Shown here: positions 14,076 to 27,564 of the stretch, in pieces
Layout of the letters: the number at the start of each line of letters is the position of its first letter
Position numbering within the stretch: position 1 is the first letter of the stretch
Assembly: GCA_965112735.1 (NCBI GenBank)
Contig: OZ218955.1
Location: 1,054,001 to 1,118,000, forward strand
Direction of reading: 5' to 3'
Source: Phaeosaccion multiseriatum
Taxonomy: Eukaryota; Protista; Ochrophyta, other classes
Length of the DNA: 64,000 nt
The notes under the pieces: model-generated
What the model saw: the letters and a program-made list of their open reading frames with translations, nothing else
Database searches by the model: none
Told to the model about the DNA's origin: nothing
Program-made: the position numbers and the translations under genes

Positions 14076-15207
14076 CCTGGGCACTAGTAGCGAATAGTAG
14101 CCAGATATCTTTCCATACTCACTGCATGGTCCCTCACGCTTTGCATGCATCCACTCCGGCTCCCCCCTGCAATTGCTTGGGTGAATTGGTCCTTTTCTAC
14201 GGCTATTCAACAGAAGGAGACGGTTCACTAAACGAAATTTCTACCAACTGAAACTTCACACTGCGACTGGTCGTACCGCGTGTCAACGTGCGTTGGTTGG
14301 TCGTCATGAACCTTCCCTTTTTACCCCCGGCAACTCCTCCTTGTTTATCCGCCCGCCTTGCGCACCACTCCCTTCCCTCACTGCTGCTATGAAGTAGGCG
14401 GTAGATATGTGTTTGATCGGCCTTGGCGGCCTTGGTGTGGGCCACAGAGCCGAATTGGCAAGGCGAAGTAGGCGTTCTTTATGAAGCCTCGCGTACCTTA
14501 TTTAGGATGGAAAAGAAGAGGGTCATTGGCGGCCACCGGTCCGCTCGCCGGAGAGCTTGGTCCCCCCCCTTGTGTTTGGAAAAAAAATATGCCAACGGAT
14601 GGATTTTTCCAACCCCTCTCCTCCCTCCACCTCACTACATCCTCTCGTCTCTCACTTTACGTGCACGCACGCACTGATGTAGCTACGTACGCACACTCAC
14701 GCACTCAGTCACTCAATCACTCTTTGTGAAAAAATAAGTCACTCGGTCCCTCACTCACTTAGCCAGCCAATCAGTCAATCAGTCAGTCTCAGTTTGTTAG
14801 TCAGATCAGTCTCAGTCAGTCGCTCACTGATATAAAATAACTCACGCACTAAGCACTAACTCACTCATTCCCGCACGCACTCACTCTCTCACCCACCCAC
14901 GCGCGCGCACTCACTCATGCACGCACATGCGCACTCACGCATGCACCACGCACGCACCCACTCTTCACTTGTGTAGAGCTGGGAGCAGCAGGAGGGGGGG
15001 AAGGGTGGGGCTTAGGGAGAGCCAGACCAACAAGGCCGACAAAGGCGGCCGTGCGTAAGTAAGTTGTGAAGAGCTCAGTTCAGTTCAGCTCATTAGATTA
15101 GACTTTACGATCCAATATCGAAGAGCAGGCACAGGAGCTGCTAATGTACTGAAACTGAAACTACACTTTGCGTGGTAGTGACACAAGGGAGAGGCTTCAA
15201 CGAAAGC

Positions 15208-15249
<42 letters not shown>

Positions 15250-15722
15250 AAATACATTTGTATACACGTGCCTTCTCTGCTGCTCTCACTTGTATGTCTC
15301 TCCTTTCTCACCCCCCCTCCCCCCTCCCCTCACTCCCTCTATTGTCCCTCTATCTCTCCTTCCCCCCCCTCTCTCTGCCCTCCCCAGTGTCTTCGTCCTT
15401 CAGAGCCTATCGTCGCGGCTTCAAACCCCAACAAAAGAACTGAAAATAACAAGACAAAACATGTTGTGGAAGGAGGGAAAAAAAAAAATGATAAAAAGCC
15501 AGACAAAAGCAGATTACCCCCCCCCCCCCCCCGCCAGCTGCTACGTGCTGCCATATGCCCTAGGCACAGGTCAGCCGTTGCTTTCCAACGTTCCAACTAG
15601 TAACACCCCAGGCCAGGCCGGTGGGTCCTTGCCCTACTTCCGCACTGCTCTCATCGTCCTACCCATTTACAGAAGGGGCTCCCCGACACACCTTCCTCCA
15701 TCTCGTTTTCCATCCTCCTGCT

Positions 15723-17636
15723 CTATTCCTCCGAGCTGCTCTCATCGTCCTCCATAGGTCTCCCTGGCGCATCCTCATCATCGTCAAGTTCAGCATTGGG
15801 CCCCTCCCCAAACATATGCGCATTAAGCAGCACGTAGTCTACCGCCCGCCTCTTTCGCCTCCCCGGCAGGATGTTAGCAGCGTCCAAATGGCCCTCCTGG
15901 CTCACTCTCTCCTCCAGGGCCGCGCTCCTCTCGCTCCTGCTCGCCCTTCTCTGCTCCTCCTGCTGTAGCAACCCGGCGTTGCTCCTACTACTCCGCAGCC
16001 TTCGCCTGCCTCGTCGCCCCCCTTCACCACCACCGACATTGGTGCCACTCGCCACCTCCTCTCCTTCTTCCAGCTCTTCTTCTCCGTCGCTGGCATCGCT
16101 ATCAGCGTCACTCATCAACCGTGCCACTTCCTCCGCATTAGGAGCTTCAAAGTCCTCATCATCCAAGTCCATTGGGTCTTCACTACTGTCGCTGTACCCA
16201 GTACTGTCATCATCATCGTCCTCCCCTACTCCCTCCTCCCCCTCCTCCTCCTGCTGCTCCTGCCCCCCCCCCTCCTCTTGCCCTCCCGCCTTCCTCGCTC
16301 TCTTCCTCGGTCTTGCTGCTCCTCCCCCATCGCCCGCCTCCTCTTCTTCGTCCATCTCCCCCTCTCTGTACTCCTCGTCGTCGGACTCCCCCTCACTGTC
16401 CGTCCCCTCCCCGCCCCTCTCCTCGCCCCCCTCCTCCTCCTGTTCGGCTCCAGGGAAGACGTTTTCCCATGAGTCAATATCCTTCCCATCATCGACAAGC
16501 TGCTCAATCAATTCCAAGCAACCTGCCAGACACACGCACTGATGGCAGAACCAGTCCCCCTCCGGCACTGCCTCGACAATAGGGCTTTGACACCTCTGAT
16601 GGTAGGCTCTGAAGCACCCCTTACCGTCGCAGAGGAGGAGGTCGTTGCCGTCCACAGATTCGCTGGATGAGCACTTGGTGCAGCATACGTCGTCGACGTC
16701 GATCTGTGAGAGAGGGAGGGAGGGAGGGACGGAGGGAGAGGGGGAGAGGGGGAGCGGAGGGGAGGGAGGGAGGGGTAGGGGGAAGAGGGGAGAGGGGGGG
16801 AAGAGGAAGAGAAGAGGGAGAGAGGGAGATGCGGTTTGTTTAGAGGAGACAAGAGGTACTCTTCACTCGCGAAAAAAAACAAAGTGTAACCGACTCGTGC
16901 AGTGTGTGCATGTGTGTGTCGGTGTGATACAGAACCACCACACGTACATCGCCGTTCTCGTCTTCCACGAGTCCATCGAATCTCGGCCCGTCCGCGTTCA
17001 TCTCTGTGAGTTTGCGCGCCATGTCCCTGAGCTTGACCTTGGTGCGCCGAATGGTCTCCGAATGTTTCCGCAGCTCCGATGTTGGTTTGAGCTTGTCCTG
17101 ATGTGCGCCACTTGACGCATTGTAGACGTCGATAAAGTGGTTGGCAAACACGATCTTCCTCTGATGAAGGGGGGGGGGGCAGGGGCAGGGGTGGGGTGGG
17201 GGGTGGGGGGGGAGGGTGAAAACAGAAGAGAATAGGAGAAGGGGCCATAGCCTTAGCGGGAGAGACAAGGGTGGAGGGCCATGGGCCAAAAGCCTTTGGC
17301 ATAGCAAGTAAGGTAGCTCACAACTCTGCCAGTCCAAGTCTCTGTTCGGTGACTTGTAGTCCCTCTCGACAACCCATTCTACTCCCATCACCTCATTGAA
17401 AACACGAATAAACTCCTCATGAGCACAAGACATACATGAATGCTTTCGTCACCAACCGGGCCCTTCCCACCCGGTTCTTCGCCCCCATGTACTCACAATC
17501 TCATTTTTGAAGCTCCTCTCAATCTTGGTCCATTGGCTCGTTGCAGGTCGCCTATCGGCACTGCTCGCACCATCCGCCGCGACCGCAGCATGACCCCCTC
17601 CACATTCACCGCCTCCGCCATCCTCGCCACTACCAG

Positions 17637-17677
<41 letters not shown>

Positions 17678-19296
17678 CCAGCAGCAGCAGCACTACCACC
17701 ACCACCACCACCAGCAGCAGCAGCAGCAGCAGCAGCACCAGTAGCAGCAGCAGCACCACCACCACCACCACCAGCAGCAGCAGCAGCAACACCAAAGGCA
17801 CCACCAGCAGCAGCAGCACTACTACCACTACCACCACCACCACCTGCCGCAGCGATACCACCAGCAGCAGTACCAGTCCCTCCAGTGCCGCCCGCGGCAG
17901 GCGTAGCACCAACAGCGAGTCCCCCCCCCGCCGCTCTCTCCTGGCCGTGCCCAGCTGCCGCAGCGCCATCCATCGGACAAGGAATGCTCGGAACTTGTAG
18001 GCCGCCTCTTCCTCCTCCGCTCAGCTGCCCGTCCCCCGTAACAGCACTACCTCTACTGACACTTCTGGTATTGTTGGTACATGTACTGTCACTCGCACTA
18101 CTGAAGACCGCAGTGGGCTGTCCGCTATAGGCTGCAATCTTTGATGGTGCGCAAGGAAAAGCCAGCCCCGGAAAAATCGCTACTGCCGTTGCTGCGGTTG
18201 TTGCTACCGGCGCCGGCACTGCTTGTCTGGCCATTCCTAATGGTACTGTACCCCTTGCCACTGTGTATTGGCCCCGTCCTCCTCCTCCTCCTCCTCCTCC
18301 TCCTCCTCCTCGCGGAACTAGACACGGGGGCGTGGGCAAGGGGGGGGGCGGCGACAGAGGGTATTCCACCGCGAATGCTATTGCTCCGGAGGGAAGAGCT
18401 CCGACATGTCCTACTGCTCTTCCTCCTCCTCCTCCTCCTCCTCCTGCTGCTGCTGCTGCTGATGCTGACCTCTCCTCGACTTTGTACCCCATCGACGTGG
18501 CTGTTCCGGCGGTAGAGGCACTGCGGCAACTAGTTGAGGTCGAGATCGACGGAGGGGGAGCTGGAGAGATGGTGGGAGTCTCCCTCTTGGCCATGGTCAG
18601 GCGTCCACTGCTGGCTGCCAGAAGCGTCAAGGCGCTGGCGGCCCTATAGTGGGCTGGCCCAGGAACAAAGGTCGTCTCACTGGGCTGATGCTGCTCGTGG
18701 GGGGGAGAAGCAGCAGGAAAAGAAACAGCTCCTCCTATTTCTGCGACCGCTGCACAAGAGGAAGGGGGTGCAGGAAGGGCAAAGCTCGCATTGGTGTACT
18801 CCCTTGTGGCCGTCTTGTTGCCATCTACAGGTTTGGGCGTACCTGCTCTCTCCTGGCCTTTGCTCCTTCTATCACCACATCCTCTGCGCCCCTTGCCTCC
18901 CTCCACTTTGGGGGCCTTCTTGGGCAGATTCTTGGACCCTGGCGGTCGACCGCGCCCGCGCTTCTTTTGCGCTTGTGCCTGAACGGGTTGCTTGCCAACC
19001 CCCCCCTTGTCGCCGCCTCCCCCCTCCTGCTGCAGCCCCGCGTCGAGCACCGCGCCCCCACTCGCTCCAACACTCGCTTCGAGCACCCCGGGCGGATTGA
19101 TGGGCCTGCCACTCCTCTTACTGATCCCCGAAACAAGCAACTCTTGCACCTTTTCTGCCTCTAATGTCCTTTTGTTTTTGCTCCCTTTCGGACGACCCCG
19201 CTTGCGGCGGGGTGCCTCACTGCTTGCATCCGCAGCAGCAGGACCAGTGGGAGCAGCAGGACCAGTTGGGGGAGAAGGAGGAGGTACGATAGCCAT
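15723..19296 (-). CDS. AT-hook + PHD-finger chromatin protein similar to the N-terminal module of plant PRH/HAT3.1. Exons 19296-17497, 17160-16948, 16703-15723
   Basis: AT-hooks KRGRPKGSKNK and RGRGRPPGSKN. PHD finger CCTKC..DGNDLLLCDGKGCFRAYHQRCQSP..EGDWFCHQC (C4HC3). Preceded by helical DKLKPTSELRK..KLRD and followed by an acidic linker and RRKRRAVDYVLLNAHMFG. Confidence 0.85.
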
Positions 19297-19429
19297 AGTC
19301 GTTTATTGCACAGAGGCGAACGTTCAATATGGCAACGACCCAGGGGGCCCAGTGCGTTTGGCAGAGGTGGAATCCTCACGGCATAGAAGGGCCCAAAGCG
19401 TGTAGGAGGGGAGCAAAGGCGACTCACCA

Positions 19430-22400
19430 ATGAAGAAGGCGTTCGTGCTCGCGGCCACCCTCTCGGGCATCGAGCAGGTGAGCTCCCTGCAGTCTGCAGC
19501 GGCGGCAGATGCACCCAAAGGGCAGGGGACACAATCGTACGCGAATCCAAAAAGGGTCCCGGGTTCAAGGATACGGCAAAGCTGCTGCGCAACGCGGGAG
19601 GCGCTGCGCACGATCTGAAAGTAGCAGCAGCGCAATGGAGAGGAGTTGGCTTGCTGCTAGTTTGTTTTGAGCTTGTGTGCGCAGATCTGGGCTTTTCTTG
19701 ATTTTTGTTTTGAGCTTGTGTGCGCAGATCTGGGCTTTTCTTGATTATATCATGTGGAAGCCCGTGAACACGTATGCGTGTAACGTAAGACCTTCCGCTC
19801 CTGTTTTGCCTCTCCTCTTTCCCGCTGCCAGGCGTCGGCTTTCCATGCGCCATTGGGTGTGCCAAAGCACCCCCACCATGCCGCTCCCGGCAAGGCTCCG
19901 GCGAGGACACACGCTCATGCACAGGCGTCGTCCGCCTTCCCTGGGTGAGTCTAATGGTGTCGCTTGGAGTGGCTTCCGTTGGGCTTTTGGGGGCGACTTT
20001 GATTGACTCCGCCATCAGGCAATGCCATTGGCTTCTCACTCACCCTTCTTGAATACATATCTTTGTCTGGCTGTGTTGCATTCCCCGCCCCCCATGGTGC
20101 CACTCGACATCGCCACTCCCTCACATACCCCCCCCCCCTCTCTCTCTCTCTTGCACCGCACCTTTCTCCGTGTTATTGTTGCTTGCATTGAAGGTCTCGT
20201 GTGCCCACGAGGCGAGTGGCCCAGCTGCGCATGAGCTCCCCAGACGACGTCGCTGAAGACAAGTCATCAGCACCGGGAGGAGCAGGGGGCGAGAGCAAAG
20301 AAGAGGCGAAGGCCGGAGACGATGCAGCAAAGGCAAAGGAGGGCTCAGCCTCCGCGGAGAGCAAGGGATCGGAAGACAAGGAGGAGAAGATGGAGGAGCA
20401 GGGGGAGGGTGGCAATGGGGGCAGCAAGGATTTTCAGGATAAAATCCGCACTCTTGAGCCCTTCAAGGCGGACTTTGATGGCGAGGGGGAAGAGGAAGAC
20501 GGATCGGCACAGGTCAGTCAGTCAGTCAGCCAGCCAGCCACTTCGTTTCGCTTCAGCGCTTAAGCGGTGCTGTTGGTGCGATTACGGGCCTTGCTTGTGT
20601 TAGGGCCTTGCTTGCGTTAGAGCCTTGCTTGCGTCAGGGCCTTGCTTGCGTTAGGGCCTTGCTTGCGTCAGGGCCTTGCTTGCGTTAGGGCCTTGCTTGC
20701 GTTAGGGCCTTGCTTGCGGTAGGAGGCGGCGTGTGGGGCTTCAGAGATCAGAAAGGCGTATTCGATGTGGAGTGTCTGCATGTGTGCGTGTCTGGGGGGG
20801 GGGGGGCGTTGTGGTGAGCCATACTTCTATGTGAGTTGTCGCAACCCCTAGCAGCATTGCCCGCCATTTAAATCCTCCCTCCTCCTCCTCCCCCTCCTCC
20901 TCCTCCTCCTCCTCCTCCTCCTCCTCCTCCTCCTCCTCCTCCTCTTCTTCCTGCCCCCCCCCCCTCCCTTCTCCTTCCCCCTGCTGCTGCTGCTGCTGCT
21001 GCTGCCGCCGCGTGTCACCGCCTTCCCCTACTGCTCTCCGTGACTCCTCGATTCGATTCGATTCGCATTGATTTCCCATTCCTCTCCTCGCGCAGCGGCC
21101 TGTCACCACCCTGAAGCGTCCCAAACAGCCCCCCAAGCTCGCGGCCATCACCTCAGCAGAGAAGGCAGAGGCGAGGGCCAAGGCACTGGCCAAGAAAAAC
21201 GAAGCCAAGGAGGGGAAACCCGAGCCCAACCCGCTGCGACAGGCGGCACAGCAAACACTCACCAAGTTCTTTGGGGGAGGACTTGTCCCCAACGAAGGTG
21301 TCATGTAAGTAGTATTTGAGTGTTTGTTATTATTCTTTTCGTTTGTATCGAAGAATTTGGACGAAGTATATATATATACATATAGGCGAAAATGACTGGC
21401 TTGCATGCATGGATTGGTATGCGGTGTATTTCTCCGATTGCACAGGGATAGGCTTTGTTTGGTTGGGTAACACATGCAGCAGGGGCGAACACTATTTCAC
21501 TCTCAGTTTCAGTTTCAGTTTAGACCTTCACCGCGTGTACACTCTCCCCCTCCCTTCCTCTCTCTCTCCGTCTCCCCCTCTCTCTCCCTCTCCCTCTCCC
21601 TCTCCCTCTCTCTCTCCCTCTCCCTCTCCCCCCCCCTCTCCCTCTCCCTCCCCCCCCCCCTCTCCCTCTCCCTCTCCCTCTCCCTCTCCCCCCTCTCTCT
21701 CTGTGTGTATGGACGTGTTTTGTCTCATGTTGTCCCACACTTTAGTAATCGTGCCATTGCCCCCGCTTCCCTTGCTCCCTCCCTCCCTCTATTGTCTTCC
21801 ACGCGGTGCTCGCTCAGTGACCCCAACAAGAAGAAGAAGAAGCCAGCATCATCGCTTCAACAATTTACCGAGGAGCTGAAGAATCAAGTGGAGGCGGTGG
21901 AAGCGGACGAGGAGGGGAAGAAGGAGGTTGTCGCAATTGATGAGGAGGATATCAAGGTAGATGAGCTGCTGGAAGAGACAAAGAAGCTGACGGAAGCCGC
22001 CGATATGAGGGCAAAGGCAGATGCCGAGGCGTTGGCGGACGAGTCAAAGGAGGCACAGAAGATAAAGGACGAGCTCGAGGCGTCCGAAAAGGCGGACGCG
22101 GAGAAGAAGGAGAAGGAAGAGCAAAAGGCGGCCCAGGAGAGCCAAAAGAAGGAGGAGGCGGTGAAGGAGGAAGAGACGGTCCCAGAAATGGCAGCCAAGG
22201 CCCAGGAGGCCCCCAAGCCGATGAAGGTAGCCCCCAAGCCGAAGAAGGAAGCCCCCAAGCCGAAGGTGGCAATTCCCACGGTCAAGCCCCCCGCTGTGAA
22301 TCTCGAGGCCATCGGCGCGGCTTTTGCCGGAAACGGCAAGGAGTCTCCCAAGGAGGCCAAGGCAGCAGCGGCGGAGGCAGCGGAGCGAGAGGCCAACATT

Positions 22401-25400
22401 GAGCGTATCCGAAAGGTGGGTAATGGGGCTGGGGATGGGGATGGCAGCTCATTGTAGTGGCGGCGGTGGGGATGGCAGTCAATGGGGCTGGGGCTGGGGA
22501 TGGGGATGGCAGCTCATGGTAGTGGCGGCGGTGGGGATGGCAGCCAATGGGGGTGGTGGGGGATGGCAGCTCATGGTAGTGGGGGATGGCAGCCAATGGG
22601 GGTGGGGGGGAGGGGGTGGCAGCGGGTAACGAAGTGTTTGGCCTGGTGATGGATGAGAGGAGGGCGTGCTTGTGTGCCTTACCCTTACCTCTATTCTCTC
22701 GCGATACTGGGAGGGGAAGATCTGCTCAGACCTGCTGAGACCTGCTCGCTTGTCTCTTGAACTCAACCCTTTCCCTCTCGTTTCCCTACCCTCTGCATCG
22801 CCTCGCCGTGCCCTCTCCTTCCCTTTATTGTCCCCATCACAGTGGAAGGAAGAGAAGGAAGAGGCCACCAAGAAGGAGAAGGAAGAGGCAGCAGCAGCCG
22901 TGGCCCAGGCTCGCAAGGAAAAGGCGGACGCCGACAAGAAGGCCGAGGAAGAGCGCCTCGCCGCCATCATTGCCAAGGCTACGGGACAGCAGGCCCCTGC
23001 CCCTGCCCCTGCCCCTGCCCCTGTCGCACCCAAGCCCGAGGCCCCTAAGCCTGCAGCGAAGGCTCCTGCCCCTGCCCCGGCTCCCAAGGAGGCTGCCCCC
23101 GCCCCTGCTCCCAAGCCTGCGGCCAAGCCTGCGGCCAAGCCTGCGGCCAAGGAAGCAGCCGCCCCTGCCAAGAAGAGCGGAGGGCTCCTCGGAGGGCTGT
23201 TCGGTGGGAAGGACGACGAGCCTGTCGTTGTCTTGCCCAAGACCCCTGTGTCATCCTCCAAGCCCGAGGCTCCCACGGCGGAAGCTCCCAAGCCCGAGGC
23301 TCCCAAGCCCGAGGCTCCCAAGCCCGAGGCTCCCAAGCCCGTGGCCCCGAAGCCCGTCGAGAAGGAAGCACCTGCGCCTGTGACAAAGCCGGTAGCTGCT
23401 GTGAAGCCAAAGGAGGAGGAGAAGGATACGCCCAAGGGCAAAGTCACGGGTTTGATCGGCTCATTCTTTGCCGGAGAGGAGCCGCTCAACATGAACGCTC
23501 TTCCCGACCTTCCACCACCTGCGCCAGTGGCTCCAGCTCCCGCGCCTGCTCCTGCTCCTCCGGCGGCAAAGGCCCCTGAGAAGAAGGAGGAGAGTGCCGG
23601 GCCGAAGCTTCCCTCCTTTGGCAATCTGTTTGGTGGCTCAGGAGGAGGGAAGGAGCAGAAGAAGAGTGCCCCTGCTGCTGCACCGGTAGCCCCTGCCAAG
23701 ACCAAGGCAGCACCCCCACAGCCACAGCAGCAGCAGGAGGAGGAGGAGGAGGTGGTTATGCCCTCGCTGGGAGGACTCTTTGGGAACATGTTTGGCGCAC
23801 CTGTGGAGCTCGAGGACGCATTCGTACAGACTCGACAGGTGCTGTCCCCCGCCGAGCAAGCCGCGGCCAAGAAGGCTGCTGCAGCAGGCGGCGGTGAGGG
23901 TGATGAGAAGGGGAAGGCTGACCGATTGAAGGCGGAGGCCGAGAGAAAGAAGCAGGCGGCCGCTGCGGCAGCAGAGGAGAGGAAGAGGGCAGCACAGCAG
24001 GCAGCGGAGGAGAAGAGACAGGCATTGGCTGACGCGAAGCGGGAGAAGGCTGAGCGCGCTGCAGCTGCACAGGAGGAGAGGAAGCGGGCTTTGGAAGAGA
24101 AGAAGAAAGCAGCAGCATCCAGGTCTGCGTCCCCGCCCCCCCGTGCCACTGCCCCTGCTCCTGCTCGCCCGTCTTCCCCGTCGTTCGCCGACATGATCAC
24201 GCGGGCAGTGCCTGGCTTTGCTGCGAAGGAACCTCCAGCTCCTGCCACCCCACCCGCTCCTGCCCCTGCTCCAGCTCGCCCAGCCTCGCCCTCTTTCGCC
24301 GACATGATCACGAGGGCAGTGCCAGGCTTCGCAGCAGCGTCCAAGGATGCGTCGGATGATGTCGCTGATGCAGCAGCAGAGAAGAAGAAGGCTTTGGCGG
24401 AGGCCACGGAGAGCAAGAAGCAGGCGTTGGCTCAAGCGGCAAAGGAGAAGGCCCAGCAGCTGCAGCAGAAGAAGGAGGAGGCCGAGGCCAAGAGGCAGGC
24501 GTTGGCTCAGGCAGCGCAGGAGAAGAAGGAGGCGTTGGCTCAAGCAGCGAAGGAGAGGGCCCAACAGTTGCAGCAGAAGAAGGCGGAGGCTGCCGAGGCT
24601 CTAAGGCTGAAGAAGGAGGAGGCGGCCAAGCTTGTGGAGCAGAAGAAGCGTGAGGCGGAGAGGCTGGCAGCAGAGAAGGCCAAGGCCCTGCAGTTGCAGC
24701 AGCAGCAGAAGGAGGCCGAGGCCAAGAGGCAGGCCATGGCGCAAGCAGCACAGGAGAAGAAGGAGGCTTTAGCTCGAGCAGCACAGGAGAAGAAGGAGGC
24801 GGCACAGCAGGCGGCACGGGAGAGGCTTGAGCGCGCTGCGGCTTTGGCTGAGGAGAAGAAGCAGGCGTTGCTGCAGAAGAAGGAGGAGGCTGAAGCGAAG
24901 AGGCAGGCCATGGCTCAAGCAGCACAGGAGAAGGAGGCGGCACAACAGGCTGCACGGGAGAACCTTGAGCGCGCTGCGGCGTTAGCTGAGGAGAAGAAGC
25001 AGGCGTTGCTGCAGAAGAAGGAGGAGGCTGAAGCGAAGAGGCAAGCGTTGGCAGAAGCAGCCCAGGAGGAGGCGGCACAGATGGCAGCTCAGGAGAAGGC
25101 CGAGCGTTTGCAGCAACAGAAGGCTGAGGCCGAGGCCAAGAAGCAGGCTTTGGCTCAGGCAGCGCAGGAGAAGAAGGAGGCGTTGGCTCAAGCCGCAGCA
25201 GAGAAGGCCAGGCAGTTGCAGGAGAAGAAGGCAGAGGCCGAGGCGAAGAGACAGGAGTTGGCTCAAGCAGCACAGGAGAAGAAGGAGGCGTTGGCTCAGG
25301 CAGCGAAGGAGAAGGCCGAGAAGTTGCAGGCACAAAAGGCGGCTGCACAGCAGGCAGCACAGGAGAAGAAGGAGGCGTTGGCTCAGGCAGCGAAGGAGAA

Positions 25401-27532
25401 GGCCGGGCAGTTGCAGGCACAAAAGGCGGCGGCACAGCAGGCAGCACAGGAGAAGAAGGAGGCGTTGGCTCAAGCGGCAGCTGAGAAGGCCAGGCAGCTG
25501 CAGCAACAGAAGGCAGAGGCCGAGGCCAAGAAGCAGGCGTTGGCTCAGGCAGCGCAGGAGAAGAAGGAGGCCGCGGCTCAGGCAGCGAAGGAGAAGGCCG
25601 AGCAGTTGCAGCAACAGAAGGCAGCGGCACAGCAGGCAGCACAGGAGAAGAAGCTGGCGTTGGCTCAAGCGGCAGCTGAGAAGGCCAGGCAGCTGCAGCA
25701 ACAGAAGGCAGAGGCCGAGGCCAAGAAGCAGGCGTTGGCTCAGGCAGCGCAGGAGAAGAAGGAGGCCGCGGCTCAGGCAGCGAAGGAGAAGGCCCAACAG
25801 TTGCAGCAACAGAAGGCAGCGGCACAGCAGGCAGCACAGGAGAAGAAGCAGGCGTTGGCTCAAGCGGCAGCTGAGAAGGCCAGGCAGCTGCAGCAACAGA
25901 AGGCAGAGGCCGAGGCCAAGAAGCAGGCGTTGGCTCAGGCAGCGCAGGAGAAGAAGGAGGCCGCGGCTCAGGCAGCGAAGGAGAAGGCCGAGCAGTTGCA
26001 GCAACAGAAGGCAGCGGCACAGCAGGCAGCACAGGAGAAGAAGCAGGCGTTGGCTCAAGCGGCAGCTGAGAAGGCCAGGCAGCTGCAGCAACAGAAGGCA
26101 GAGGCCGACGCCAAGAAGCAGGCGTTGGCTCAGGCAGCGCAGGTGAAGAAGGAGGCCGCGGCTCAGGCAGCGAAGGAGAAGGCCGAGCAGTTGCAGCAAC
26201 AGAAGGCAGCGGCACAGCAGGCAGCACAGGAGAAGAAGCAGGCGTTGGCTCAAGCGGCAGCTGAGAAGGCCAGGCAGCTGCAGCAACAGAAGGCTGAGGC
26301 CAAGAAGCAGGCTTTGGCTCAGGCAGCGCAGGAGAAGAAGGAGGCCGCGGCTCAGGCAGCGAAGGAGAAGGCCCAACAGTTGCAGCAGAAGAAAGCGGAG
26401 GCTGCCGAGGCCGCAAGGCTGAAGAAGGAGCAGGTGGCGAAACTTCTGCAGGAGAAGAAGCAAGAGGCGGCGAGACTGGCGGCAGAGAAGGCACAGGCGC
26501 TTCAAGCCAAGAGAGAGGCGGACGCGGCCGCCAAGGCCAAGCAGGCCGCGGATCTCAAGCAAAAGAGGGAGGCCGAGGCCGAGAAGAAGAAGCAAGCATC
26601 GGCGTCAAGGTCTCGGTCTCCATCTCCGGTCCGATCCCGTTCGGCCTCTCCTACGCGCGCGGCCCCTGCTCCTGCTCCGGAGCGCCCCCGTTCCCCATCC
26701 TTCGCTGAGATGATCACCCGGGCCGTGCCTGGCTTCGCAGCAGCGTCCACAGAGGAGTCGCCTGCGTCGCCAAGTGTGAATGATGCAGCAGCGAAGAAGA
26801 AGGCATTGGCTGATGCGGCAGCAGCGAAGAAGCAGGCGATGGCTCAAGCGGCACAGGAGAAGAAGGAGGCGTTGGCTCAGGCAGCGAAGGAGAAGGCCGA
26901 GCAGTTGCAGCAGAAGAAGCAGGCGGCAGCAAAGGCGGCAGAGGAGAAGAAGCAGGCGGCAGCAAAGGCGGCACAGGAGAAGAAGCAGGCGGCAGCAAGG
27001 GCGGCACAGGAGAAGAAGCAGGCTTTGGCTCAAGCAGCGAAGGAGAAGTCGCAGGCAGCAGCAGCAAAGGCAAGGGAGTTGCAGGCACAGAAGGCGAGCT
27101 CGGCGGCGGAGGCAGCAAGACAGAAGAGGGAGGCAGCGGCCAAGCTTGCGCAGGAGAAGAAGCAGGCGGCACAGCAGGCGGCAGAGGAGAAGAAGCAGGC
27201 GCTTCAGGCCAAGAGAGAGGCGGACGCAGCAGCCAAGGCCAAGCAGGCCGCGGATCTCAAGCAGAAGAGGGAGGAGGAGGCTGAGAAGAAGAAGCAAGCA
27301 GCAGCACAAGCAGCAGCGGCCAAGGCCAAGGCTGCTCCTGCCCCTGCCCCTGCTCCCGCGGCTCCCAAGCCCTCCATTGCTGAGATTATCACCCGCTCCG
27401 TGCCAGGCTTCACAGCAGCCCCTAAGGAGGACGCCAGCAAGGCCTTCGACTTTGCCGCGAAGGACCTCAACAAGGGCGCTCTCGGAACATTCGTCAAGAA
27501 GTCCACCGCATTCAGGTGCGTGCATGCGTGCA

Positions 27533-27564
<32 letters not shown>

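Noticed and set aside
20586-20721. Interstitial telomere array
   Set aside because: TTAGGG appears only as part of a 17-bp unit, with no tandem telomeric hexamers. The (ACCCTG)n tract at 61340 is likewise only telomere-like.
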